A DNA stretch of 64,000 bases from NCBI GenBank assembly GCA_012841635.1, contig DUUJ01000040.1:8942-72941 (forward strand). The letters are read 5' to 3'. The notes beneath the pieces are model-generated. The model did not search any database and was not told the origin of the DNA. It was given only the letters and a program-made list of their open reading frames with translations. Each line of letters starts with the position of its first letter. Within the stretch, counting starts at the first letter, position 1. The translations under genes and the position numbers were made by a program. Origin of the DNA: Clostridiales bacterium. GTDB taxonomy: Bacteria > Bacillota > Clostridia > Oscillospirales > CAG-272. Below are positions 37,494 to 46,633 of this stretch, one piece after another.

Positions 37494-39242
37494 GTGCGGC
37501 ATCTTTTCGCCCTTCTTAAACACGCAAAGGCTTACAAAAAAGAATATATTCTGGGTCCGATATTCAAGGTTCTGGAGGCGATATTCGAGCTTATAATACC
37601 GCTTGTCATCGCCGACATGATCGACCGCGGGGTAAACGCCGGGGACAGCGCGTATATCTATCGCAGCGGAGCTCTTCTGGCGGCGCTCAGCCTTATCGGC
37701 TTTTCTTCGACTCTTGTCTGCCAGTTCATGGCGTCGCGCGCGGCTCAGGGTACCGGCACGGTACTGCGGGGAAAGCTGTTTTCTCATATCATGACTCTCT
37801 CTCATTCGCAGCTTGAATCATTCGGCGCGCCGACGATGATCTCAAGGATAACCGGGGATGTAAATCAGGTGCAGACCGCTTCCGCCATGCTGATCCGTCT
37901 CGCGGTCCGCGCTCCCTTCCTTGCCGCCGGGGCGATAGTGATGAGCGCCGCGATAGATCTGCAGCTGTCGCTGATACTGCTTTTCGCGGCTCCGCTGATA
38001 TATTTATCGATTTTATTCGTCACCCGCCGCTCGAGGCCTTATTTCCGGAAGATGCAGCGGGAAAACGACAACATGACCCGCATCACCCGGGAGAACATTT
38101 CGGGAGCGAGGGTTATCCGCGCCTTTTCGGCGCAGAGCCGCGAGCGGGAACGCTTTTTTGCCGCCGCAGAGAATTCGGATTCCGCGTCCGTCCGCGCCGG
38201 GGTCATTTCGGCGCTGCTGAATCCGCTGACGACCGTTATAATGAACGCCGGAATCATCCTGCTGCTTGTTTTCGGCGGAGTTTCCGTCGACACCGGAAGG
38301 CTTTCGCAGGGAGAGCTGATAGCGCTGCTGAATTATATTAATCAGATACTATTGGCGCTTATCGTCCTTGCAAACATAATCGTGATATTCAACCGCGGTG
38401 ACGCCGCGGCAGAGAGAATTTCAGAAGTGCTTGAAACCAAGCCGGAAATCACCGACGCGGAAGAAACCGGCCGGGGATTTGACGAATCCGCGCCGGCAGT
38501 TCGCTTTGACGGCGTTACCTTTCGCTACAACGAGGATGCCGCCGACTCGGTCCCGGCGCTTTCGGATATTTCCTTCACCCTTCCCCGCGGCGGCACGCTC
38601 GGGATAATCGGCGGAACCGGCGCCGGAAAATCGACGCTTGTCTCGCTTGTTATGCGATTCCGCGATGTAAGGACCGGCGGGGTTTCGGTAATGGGCAGAG
38701 ATGTAAAAGACATACAATCCTCCGAACTGCGGGAAATCATCGGATATACGCCGCAGAAAGCCGAACTGTTTTCCGGGACAGTCCGCTCAAACCTTTTGTG
38801 GGGCAAACCGGACGCCTCCGACGAAGAGCTTATCTCGGCGCTGAAAACGGCGCAGGCGTTGGATTTTATTATGGCAAAGCAGGGGCTTGACACAAGGGTC
38901 GAAGCCGGCGGACGAAACTTCTCCGGCGGACAGCGGCAGAGACTGACCATCGCCCGGGCGATAGTTTCAAAACCACCTATTATAATCCTTGATGACCCCA
39001 GCTCCGCGCTTGACGCCGCTACCGACGCCCGGCTCCGCGCCGCGCTGAAGAATGATCTTGCCGATTCGGCGGTGATAATCGTTTCCCAAAGAGTCGCGTC
39101 GGTACGAAACTGCGACAACATTTTAGTGCTTGACGGCGGAAAGGACAAGGGACAGGGCAGCCACGGGGAGCTTTATCGCAAATCCCCGATCTACCGAGAA
39201 ATCTGCGATTCCCAGAACGCTGCGGGAGAGGTGGCGGTATAA
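37494..39242 (+). CDS. ABC exporter permease/ATPase fusion, subunit 1 (degenerate nucleotide-binding site)
   Basis: GGAGG RBS then GTG. Six-TM exporter domain, Walker A GGTGAGKST, signature FSGGQRQR. Walker B reads IIILDD (Asp instead of the catalytic Glu) and the switch loop reads VSQR (Gln instead of His). Confidence 0.85.
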   Translation: MRHLFALLKHAKAYKKEYILGPIFKVLEAIFELIIPLVIADMIDRGVNAGDSAYIYRSGALLAALSLIGFSSTLVCQFMASRAAQGTGTVLRGKLFSHIMTLSHSQLESFGAPTMISRITGDVNQVQTASAMLIRLAVRAPFLAAGAIVMSAAIDLQLSLILLFAAPLIYLSILFVTRRSRPYFRKMQRENDNMTRITRENISGARVIRAFSAQSRERERFFAAAENSDSASVRAGVISALLNPLTTVIMNAGIILLLVFGGVSVDTGRLSQGELIALLNYINQILLALIVLANIIVIFNRGDAAAERISEVLETKPEITDAEETGRGFDESAPAVRFDGVTFRYNEDAADSVPALSDISFTLPRGGTLGIIGGTGAGKSTLVSLVMRFRDVRTGGVSVMGRDVKDIQSSELREIIGYTPQKAELFSGTVRSNLLWGKPDASDEELISALKTAQALDFIMAKQGLDTRVEAGGRNFSGGQRQRLTIARAIVSKPPIIILDDPSSALDAATDARLRAALKNDLADSAVIIVSQRVASVRNCDNILVLDGGKDKGQGSHGELYRKSPIYREICDSQNAAGEVAV

Positions 39243-41038
39243 TGAAATCAAACAAAAACGGAAAAGCCGCCCGCCCGACGCTGCCCCGGCTGATCGAATA
39301 CATAAAGCCGCATTCCGGCTGGCTCGCCCTCTCGATGGTATGCGCCGCGGCTTCGGTTATATTCACCCTCTTTATCCCGGTTCTGACCGGAGACATAATC
39401 GACCTCTGCATCGGCGAAGGAAAGGTGGAGCTTTCGGCGTTTCCTCCGATGCTTATAAAACTCGGCGTCTGCGTTCTTGCCGCGGTTTCGGCGGGGCTGC
39501 TCAGCTCTTATTTCAACAACCGCATTACCTTCCGCTGCGCTCGGGAGCTGAGACTGAAAGCGTTTGCCCGGATAACCGGCGCGCCGCTGTCGCTCCTCGA
39601 CTCGGCGCCTTCCGGAGAGCTGATAAACCGAGTAACCGGCGACATCGACTATGTTTCCGACGGACTGCTGCACGCCTTTACTCAGCTGTTCACCGGTGTG
39701 GCCGCGATCTGCGGGACCCTCGTTTTCATGCTCCGCGCCTCCGCCCGCGCGTCGCTGCCGGTCATACTGCTTACGCCGCTGTCTATCGCGGTAGCAGCCG
39801 TCATTGCCCGGGGGTCTTATAAATATTTCAGCCGTCAGACGGCAACACAGGCGGACATGGCGGGATATCTCGACGAATACGTCGGGCGGGCGGGGCTGGT
39901 AAAGGCTTTCGGACGGGAAAAAGCCGCCTGCGACGGGTTTGATAAGATAAACTCGGAGCTGTATGAATGCGGCTATATGGCGCAGGTATACTCGGCGCTG
40001 GTCAATCCTTCGACGCGGCTGGTGAACAACTTCGTCTTCGCCGCCGTCGGAGTAACCGGCGCGCTGATCGCCTGCCGCGGCGGGCTGACGGTCGGGCAGA
40101 TCACCATGTTCCTCGCCTACGCAAGCCAATACGCCAAGCCTTTCAACGAAATTTCCGGCATCGCCGCTCAGCTTACCGCGGCGCTTGCCTCTGCCGACCG
40201 GGTGTTTAAGCTTATCGACACTCCGTTTGAAGACGCAGACGATCCGAAAGAGCCGCTCGAAGCGGCTGTCGCCGAAAAAATCGGCGAAGTTTCACTCGAA
40301 AATGTCAGTTTCAGCTACTCTCCCGACAAAAAGCTGATAGAGGAGCTTAACCTTCAAGCAAAGCCGGGACAGCGAATCGCGATAGTCGGTCCCACCGGAT
40401 GCGGCAAGACGACGATTATCAACCTGCTGATGCGGTTTTATGACATCCGCGGCGGGAAGATCTATGCCGACGGTCGCGACGCCTATTCGATACACCGCGG
40501 CGAGCTGCGGCAAAGATACGCGATGGTGCTTCAGGATACATGGCTGATGCGGGGGACCGTCGCCGAAAACATCGCCTACGGCGCCAAAGGCGAAGTCAGC
40601 CGGGCGGAAATCGAGCAGGCCGCGGAAAGAGCGATGGCTTCTCCCTTCATCCGTCAGCTGAAAAACGGTTATGACACCGTGATAGACGACGGCGACACCC
40701 TTTCCGGCGGTCAGAAGCAGCTTATCTGCATCGCCCGCGTCATGCTTGCGGCGGCCCGGAATCATGGAAACGGCACCGCCGAATCGATGCTTATTCTTGA
40801 CGAAGCGACGTCAAATATCGACACCCGAACCGAACTTCTGGTTCAGCAGGCGTTTTCTGACCTGATGCGCGGAAGAACGAGCTTTGTCGTCGCGCACCGT
40901 CTTTCGACGATCAAATCTTCCGATATCATCCTCGTGATGGATTCGGGAAAGGTGGTCGAACAGGGCAGCCACGAGCAGCTTTTAGCCAAAAATGGTTTTT
41001 ACGCCGCGCTGTGGAAGGCGATGACCGAAAACAGCTGA
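39242..41038 (+). CDS. ABC exporter permease/ATPase fusion, subunit 2 (canonical site, with an insertion before Walker B)
   Basis: TAATG overlap with subunit 1. Walker A GPTGCGKTT, signature LSGGQKQL, Walker B LILDEATS, H-loop VVAHRLST. About 10 extra residues (AAARNHGNGTAESM) between the signature helix and Walker B. Confidence 0.85.
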   Translation: MKSNKNGKAARPTLPRLIEYIKPHSGWLALSMVCAAASVIFTLFIPVLTGDIIDLCIGEGKVELSAFPPMLIKLGVCVLAAVSAGLLSSYFNNRITFRCARELRLKAFARITGAPLSLLDSAPSGELINRVTGDIDYVSDGLLHAFTQLFTGVAAICGTLVFMLRASARASLPVILLTPLSIAVAAVIARGSYKYFSRQTATQADMAGYLDEYVGRAGLVKAFGREKAACDGFDKINSELYECGYMAQVYSALVNPSTRLVNNFVFAAVGVTGALIACRGGLTVGQITMFLAYASQYAKPFNEISGIAAQLTAALASADRVFKLIDTPFEDADDPKEPLEAAVAEKIGEVSLENVSFSYSPDKKLIEELNLQAKPGQRIAIVGPTGCGKTTIINLLMRFYDIRGGKIYADGRDAYSIHRGELRQRYAMVLQDTWLMRGTVAENIAYGAKGEVSRAEIEQAAERAMASPFIRQLKNGYDTVIDDGDTLSGGQKQLICIARVMLAAARNHGNGTAESMLILDEATSNIDTRTELLVQQAFSDLMRGRTSFVVAHRLSTIKSSDIILVMDSGKVVEQGSHEQLLAKNGFYAALWKAMTENS

Positions 41039-41124
41039 TATCCGGTTTTTTCGTCATTTGTCACAATATTTTGGCGGGAATATTGTTCATTGCGTCATAA
41101 TGCTGAATGTTTTCTTTTTATCTA

Positions 41125-41153
41125 TTGCATTTTTTCTCCCGACATGATATAAT
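41125..41153 (+). promoter_or_regulatory. Sigma-A-type promoter with extended -10
   Basis: TTGCAT (41125-41130), 17-nt spacer, TGaTATAAT (-10 hexamer at 41148-41153). Confidence 0.6.
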
Positions 41154-41327
41154 CTCTCAGAAGGGATAAAACAGTTTCGGCTCGGATACGGGTTATAAAA
41201 TACGGCTCCGCGAATCGGGATAACAAGCCCGCAGCGAAGCCGAAGCGGACCAAACCGGCGCCGCAACCCGAATACAGCCGGATTCCCCCGACAAAAGCTA
41301 TAATTTTAATGTATGAGGTAAAAAACC

Positions 41328-42473
41328 ATGCCAGACGAAGTCCTTAGTCAGTTTACTCCCACGGTCGACAAGACCGCGAAGATCGACACCAGCAAAAAGC
41401 TGAAGGTCGGCATTATCGGAACCGGCTGGATTGCCGAGTCCCATATTCAGTCCTTCAAGAACATGCCCGACGTCGATGTGGTTGCAGCTGCCGACCTTAT
41501 CCCCGGCAAGGCTGAAGCTTTCATGAAGCGGTTCGGCGTTGAAGGCGTACGTTTTTATCCGTCCCATAAGGAGCTTATCGACAACGAAGAACTCGACGCC
41601 GTTTCGATCTGCACCTACAACCGTCAGCACGCCGGTCCGACCATCTACGCTCTTGAGCACGGAATCCATGTCCTGCTTGAAAAGCCGATGTGCGTAACTC
41701 TTGACGAAGCAGTCGAGATCTGCCGCGCCGAGAAGGCTTCCGGCAAGATTCTTTCGATCGGATTCCAGCCGCGTTTTGACGCCAACATGCAGCAGATCGG
41801 CAAGATCGTCCGCTCCGGCGCTCTCGGCGAAGTCTATTACATGCAGACCGGCGGCGGCCGCCGCCGCGGCATTCCGAACTCCACCTTTATCGAGGACAAG
41901 ACGGCAGGCGTCGGCGCTCTCGGCGACATCGGCTGCTACTCCCTCGACATGGTGCTCAACGCTATCGGCTATCCGAAGCCGCTCACCATTTCCGGCTACA
42001 CCTCCGACTTCTTCGGAACCTCAACCGATTATCAGTCCGAATATGACGCCAAGCGTTTCTCGGTCGACGATTTCGCGGCAGCGTTCATCCGTCTCGAAGG
42101 CGGCATAATCCTTGACTTCCGTATCTCCTGGGCAATGCACCTTGACACCCCCGGCGACACCATCATCCTCGGCAAGAAGGGCGGTCTCCGCATTCCTTCC
42201 ACCGACTGCTGGAACGGCACCGTCGGCGGCCCGATGAAGATATATCACGATGTTGCGGGAACCCAGGTGGAAACCGTTATTCCGATACTCCAGAACCCGG
42301 GCAAGATGGGACTCTTCGACAGAAAGATCCGCTCTTTCCTCGACGCCATTAAGACCGGCGGTCCGGCTCCCGTTCCGACCAGCCAGATTCTCTACAACCA
42401 GGCTATCATCGACGGCATCGGCCGTTCCGCGAAGCTTGGCCGCGAGATCCAGGTCGTTATTCCGGAGATCTGA
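41328..42473 (+). CDS. Gfo/Idh/MocA family NAD(P)-dependent oxidoreductase
   Basis: Rossmann motif KVGIIGTGWIAESH and the EKPM catalytic-region motif (HVLLEKPM); 381 aa. Confidence 0.85.
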   Translation: MPDEVLSQFTPTVDKTAKIDTSKKLKVGIIGTGWIAESHIQSFKNMPDVDVVAAADLIPGKAEAFMKRFGVEGVRFYPSHKELIDNEELDAVSICTYNRQHAGPTIYALEHGIHVLLEKPMCVTLDEAVEICRAEKASGKILSIGFQPRFDANMQQIGKIVRSGALGEVYYMQTGGGRRRGIPNSTFIEDKTAGVGALGDIGCYSLDMVLNAIGYPKPLTISGYTSDFFGTSTDYQSEYDAKRFSVDDFAAAFIRLEGGIILDFRISWAMHLDTPGDTIILGKKGGLRIPSTDCWNGTVGGPMKIYHDVAGTQVETVIPILQNPGKMGLFDRKIRSFLDAIKTGGPAPVPTSQILYNQAIIDGIGRSAKLGREIQVVIPEI

Positions 42474-42496
42474 GTTTAAACTTCAACCAACGTACA

Positions 42497-42523
42497 AAAG
42501 CCGGGTCCCTCGACCCGGCTTTT
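42497..42523 (+). terminator. Rho-independent terminator after the oxidoreductase gene
   Basis: AAAGCCGGGTC (42497-42507), CCTC loop, GACCCGGCTTT (42512-42522). The T-run is short. Confidence 0.6.
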
Positions 42524-42600
42524 GACGGTTATTTATGTCCAGTAATGATTAGCGGATATAAGTAACCGTAAGGCTAAATCAAATTATTCAGGAGCCGCAA

Positions 42601-43980
42601 ATGAAACAGACGACGATGAAGATACTGTCCTTCATTACAGCAATCATAATTTTAGCGATACCCGCAATATCCTGCAACATCGAATACAACTCCGCTCCGG
42701 CGGAAACGGATCCGCCGGTCACAAGACCGAGAACCACCACCGCCGCAACAACGAAGGTAACCACCGCGGAGACAACGACCGAGGAAACCACGCTGCCCGA
42801 CACGACGCCGAGTTCCGTTATACCCGTCGACACAAAGACCTATTCGGAGAAAACGGCAAGACCGAAAGTATCCAGCAAGATAAACACCGAGCCTGATTAC
42901 ATCGCTATCGCCGGAAGCTGCGAAAAGAACGCCCGCATCATAGTCCGCGGCGGCGAGCACGACGTAGAATTCAATGCCGACGGCACATATTTCCTGGGTT
43001 CGGTCCAGATCTTCCCCTTCGGCAGTTCCGAATTAAAGGTATACGCTCAGGTTGAAGGCAAAGCGGAAAGCGAGCCGTTCACCCTGCCCGTCGCATACAA
43101 CCGCTCGGCGACGGGAATCCGCGACGACCGGTTTGAAGTCATAGTCGGACTTGATTCGCAGGGACATTTCATCTCAGCGCTTGAAGACTGGCTGGGTGAG
43201 AACCTTCTCACCGACAAGCAGATTTCAAGGATAACCGAAGTCACGGCGCAGAGGGTGAAATACCTGAAAGATACCACCGGCGGAGAGCTTATATATTTCC
43301 TTGTCCCGAATTCGATGACGGTTTATCCGGAGACGGTCCCCTCAAGGTACAAGCGCTCGGAGAAGACCCGCACCGCGCAGTTTGTCGAGGCGGTCAAAGC
43401 CGGCGGCGCCACGGTAATTGACACAACCGAGACGCTGATCGAGCACAAGACCGACCCGCTCAAACTTTTCCACAAGACCGACTCGCACTGGACGGAATAC
43501 GGCGCTTTCGTCGCCTATACCGAGTTCTTTAACTACATAGCGAAGTCATTCCCGGCGGCGGCTCCCCGCGATTTCACCGAGATGGGCTTTTACACCATCG
43601 ACTGCGACGGCGGCGATATGCCGTATTATCTGACTTTCGACACCATCCTCTGCCGCGAACTTGCCGTCAAGGCGGATTATACCTTCACCGAAACCACCCA
43701 GAAATTCACCGCGGACGATCATCTGCTTATGCAGCATTCGACCACCCCGGCCGCAAAGGTGTTCGAAAACGACACGCCGGGGCTGCCTAAAATGTTGGTC
43801 TATCGCGACAGCTACGGCATCGCCCTCTATGATATGTTCCAGGACAGATGCAGCGTCTGCGATTATGCCGCGATGTGGGATTACGGCTTTGACCGCGACA
43901 GGGTAAAGAAACTGCAGCCCGACTATGTCATCTATATCACCGCCGAGCGCGACCTCGGCGATGTAATCGGATATTTCTGA
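42601..43980 (+). CDS. Lipoprotein of the DHHW / AlgX-AlgJ-like SGNH family (putative polysaccharide O-acetylation component)
   Basis: AGGAG RBS. Lipobox AISC. Thr-rich linker. FHKTDSHWTEYGAFVAY matches the DHHW-family signature (here DSHW). Confidence 0.6.
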   Translation: MKQTTMKILSFITAIIILAIPAISCNIEYNSAPAETDPPVTRPRTTTAATTKVTTAETTTEETTLPDTTPSSVIPVDTKTYSEKTARPKVSSKINTEPDYIAIAGSCEKNARIIVRGGEHDVEFNADGTYFLGSVQIFPFGSSELKVYAQVEGKAESEPFTLPVAYNRSATGIRDDRFEVIVGLDSQGHFISALEDWLGENLLTDKQISRITEVTAQRVKYLKDTTGGELIYFLVPNSMTVYPETVPSRYKRSEKTRTAQFVEAVKAGGATVIDTTETLIEHKTDPLKLFHKTDSHWTEYGAFVAYTEFFNYIAKSFPAAAPRDFTEMGFYTIDCDGGDMPYYLTFDTILCRELAVKADYTFTETTQKFTADDHLLMQHSTTPAAKVFENDTPGLPKMLVYRDSYGIALYDMFQDRCSVCDYAAMWDYGFDRDRVKKLQPDYVIYITAERDLGDVIGYF

Positions 43981-43990
43981 TAAAAACTCA

Positions 43991-44020
43991 GCGTCCCGAA
44001 AAAATCGGGACGCCTTTTTT
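43991..44020. terminator. Terminator between convergent genes
   Basis: GCGTCCCGA (43991-43999), AAAAA loop, TCGGGACGC (44005-44013), then CTTTTTT. Confidence 0.8.
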
Positions 44021-44028
44021 GTTCTTCA

Positions 44029-45192
44029 TTATCCGAAATAAGGTCTCGCTTTCAGCGCCCATCCGGCTTCATAGGCGGGGGCGGCGCAGAGGGCGGAGAA
44101 TTCGTCCGAAAGGGCGGTCAGCGCCGCTGTTTCTGAGGTTTGGGCAATTTTTTTGAGTTCCGCCGGGCGGCTTATCACTTTTGCCTCCTTCGGGATTCTT
44201 GCTATCAGCTCTCTTCCCTTTTCGGACGCCGCTAAAATGTTTATGTAACCGGGGGACGAGGAAATATGCTCTCCCTTTATCCCGAAAAGAAGATACAGCA
44301 CCGCGCGGCGGAGACGGGCTGCGGAATAGGTCTTTGTCGGCAGACGCGCAATAAGTTCGTTATAATCTCCGGAAATCCTGGCGGCTTTTTTTATCCGGGA
44401 GGGCAGGCCGTGCGGGAGGGCGCCGAGGGCTTCCGCCGAGTCGATATCAAGCCGTCGAAGGTTATAAAGTATTGCCGCCGAAGCGATATTCAGCGACATC
44501 GGTTTTGCTGTTTTGTAAAGCTCAAAAACTTCCGCCGGTACGGCGCATTTTAATCCTTCAAAGTCGCGGGCGAAAAACAGCCGCCTTGATTCCGTCGCGC
44601 TGTCCTGCGTCTCCCGGCTGATGAAAAGCGGCTTTATATCCTTCCCCCTCAGGTGTTTTAAATATTCAACGGCGAGAATGTCGTTCGGGGAGCGGGGGAA
44701 TTGCTCTTCGAAGACTTCTTCGTATCTGCGGGACAAAACCTCCATATACGGCTCTGAGCTGCCGTCGGCAAGCCCGGCGCATTCTTCCGAAAGGGTGAAA
44801 AATCGCTCATTCGTCATGATTTCGGCTGTCCGACGGATATACTCGCTGCCCCCGCGGCAGCCGAACGCGAGATGGGTAAACACTCCGGCAAGGGCGGCCA
44901 TATCAATTCCGCCGCGGGCAAAATCCGAAGCCGAAGATATGCTCCACGGCGGCGGAAGTTCGATCACAAGGTCATATCCGCACAAAACGGCGGCTTTCGC
45001 GCGGAGGTATTTGTCGATGACAGCCGCCTCCCCCCGCTGCACATAACTTCCGCTCATAATTGCGGCGACAGGGGCGCCGGGCAGCTTTTCTTTTATCTTT
45101 CTCAGCAGTATTTTGTGGCCGTTATGAAACAGATTGAACTCGGCTATGACCGCGGCTGCCGCGGGAGTCGGTGATATATTAATTAATTCCAT
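44029..45192 (-). CDS. tmcAL: tRNA(Met) cytidine acetate ligase-like nucleotidyltransferase (YlbM/TmcAL family)
   Basis: IAEFNLFHNGH (the family's HxGH-type motif) near the N-terminus, VQRGE, and ~390 aa length. Confidence 0.65.
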   Translation of the reverse strand: MELINISPTPAAAAVIAEFNLFHNGHKILLRKIKEKLPGAPVAAIMSGSYVQRGEAAVIDKYLRAKAAVLCGYDLVIELPPPWSISSASDFARGGIDMAALAGVFTHLAFGCRGGSEYIRRTAEIMTNERFFTLSEECAGLADGSSEPYMEVLSRRYEEVFEEQFPRSPNDILAVEYLKHLRGKDIKPLFISRETQDSATESRRLFFARDFEGLKCAVPAEVFELYKTAKPMSLNIASAAILYNLRRLDIDSAEALGALPHGLPSRIKKAARISGDYNELIARLPTKTYSAARLRRAVLYLLFGIKGEHISSSPGYINILAASEKGRELIARIPKEAKVISRPAELKKIAQTSETAALTALSDEFSALCAAPAYEAGWALKARPYFG

Positions 45193-45212
45193 TCTTATTT
45201 AACCTTTTTGTC

Positions 45213-45241
45213 TTGAATTCACAGCCGATTTGTAGTATAAT
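45213..45241 (+). promoter_or_regulatory. Sigma-A-type promoter of ackA
   Basis: TTGAAT (45213-45218), 17-nt spacer, TATAAT (45236-45241). Confidence 0.6.
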
Positions 45242-45338
45242 AGCAACAATATACTTTGGCGGATGTTAATTTTAACAGCTTCGGCGGGTTCGGCCTGCGA
45301 GGCTCTGCCCCAATAAAAATATTTGACAGAGGTTTGAA

Positions 45339-46574
45339 ATGAAAGTCTTAGTTGTAAACGCGGGATCCAGCTCGCTTAAGTACCAGCTCTTCGACACCAC
45401 GGCAAAAGAAGTGCTTGCCAAGGGTATCTGCGAGCGTATCGGCATCGACGGCAACATCGAGCATCGCAAGGGTGAAAAGGGAGAGAAGATAACCAAGGAA
45501 ATCCCGATGCCCGACCATTCCGTCGCCACACAAATCCTTGTCGATTACCTTACCGATAAGGAAACCGGCGTTATCGAAACGATGGATGAGATCGAAGCGG
45601 TCGGCCACCGCATCGTATCCGGCGGTCCGTACTTCTTTGAAAGTACCCTTATTAATAACGAGGTCCTGGCGATGCTCGAAAAATGCGTTCCCTTCGCTCC
45701 GCTGCACACCCCGCCGCATCTTATGGGAATCCGCGGCTGCCTCAATGTAATGCCGAATGTGCCCCAGGTACTCGTTTTCGACACCGCCTTCCATACCACC
45801 ATCCCGAAAAAGGCTTCGACTTTCCCGATCTCAAAGGAAATGCGCGAGAAGTACTCCATCCGCCGCTACGGCGCCCACGGAACTTCCCACCGCTTTGTCG
45901 CAAACGAGATGATAAAAATCCTCGAAAAGACCCGAGGCATGAAGCGGGAAGACACGAAGATCGTCACCTGCCACATCGGCAACGGCGCTTCGATATCCGC
46001 CGTCAAAGGCGGCGTCTGCGTCGACACCTCGATGGGCTTCACCCCGCTCGACGGCATAATGATGGGAACCCGCTGCGGAGCCATCGACCCGGCTATCGTT
46101 ACCTTCATCATGAAGAACGAGGGATATGACCCCGACCGGATGGACAAATACATGAACCAGGAGTGCGGATTCCTCGGCATGACAGACGGCTTCTCCTCCG
46201 ACTCCCGCGACCTTGAGAGAGCTATTGCCGAAAACGATCCGGAACACAAGGAAGACGCGGTGCTTGCAACCTCGATCATGGCGTATCAGGTTCAGAAATA
46301 CATCGGCGCATACTCCGCCGCGATGAACGGCCTCGACGCCGTCGTTTTCACCGCCGGAATGGGCGAACATAACCTGGAACTTCGCGACCGCGCCTGCGCA
46401 AACATGCAGTATTTCGGCATCGAGATAGACCGCGAGCTCAACTCGGTAACGCATCACCAGCCGAATATAGTAAGGCTTTCAACCGACAACTCCCACGTTG
46501 AAGTTTATGTAATCCCGACGGACGAGGAGTATATGATAGCCACCGACACCGAAGAGATCGTAAGCAAGCTTTAA
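45339..46574 (+). CDS. ackA: Acetate kinase
   Basis: MKVLVVNAGSSSLKYQLF N-terminus, VGHRIVSGG, FDTAFH, YGAHGTSH and THIGNGAS-type motifs. Confidence 0.95.
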   Translation: MKVLVVNAGSSSLKYQLFDTTAKEVLAKGICERIGIDGNIEHRKGEKGEKITKEIPMPDHSVATQILVDYLTDKETGVIETMDEIEAVGHRIVSGGPYFFESTLINNEVLAMLEKCVPFAPLHTPPHLMGIRGCLNVMPNVPQVLVFDTAFHTTIPKKASTFPISKEMREKYSIRRYGAHGTSHRFVANEMIKILEKTRGMKREDTKIVTCHIGNGASISAVKGGVCVDTSMGFTPLDGIMMGTRCGAIDPAIVTFIMKNEGYDPDRMDKYMNQECGFLGMTDGFSSDSRDLERAIAENDPEHKEDAVLATSIMAYQVQKYIGAYSAAMNGLDAVVFTAGMGEHNLELRDRACANMQYFGIEIDRELNSVTHHQPNIVRLSTDNSHVEVYVIPTDEEYMIATDTEEIVSKL

Positions 46575-46587
46575 TATCTGAGCTTTA

Positions 46588-46622
46588 CCCGGACGGCAAT
46601 TGCCGTCCGGGATTTTTGTTTT
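46588..46622. terminator. Terminator after ackA (convergent with the amidohydrolase gene)
   Basis: CCCGGACGGC (46588-46597), AATT loop, GCCGTCCGGG (46602-46611), then ATTTTTGTTTT. Confidence 0.8.
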
Positions 46623-46633
46623 ATTGCCGGGAC

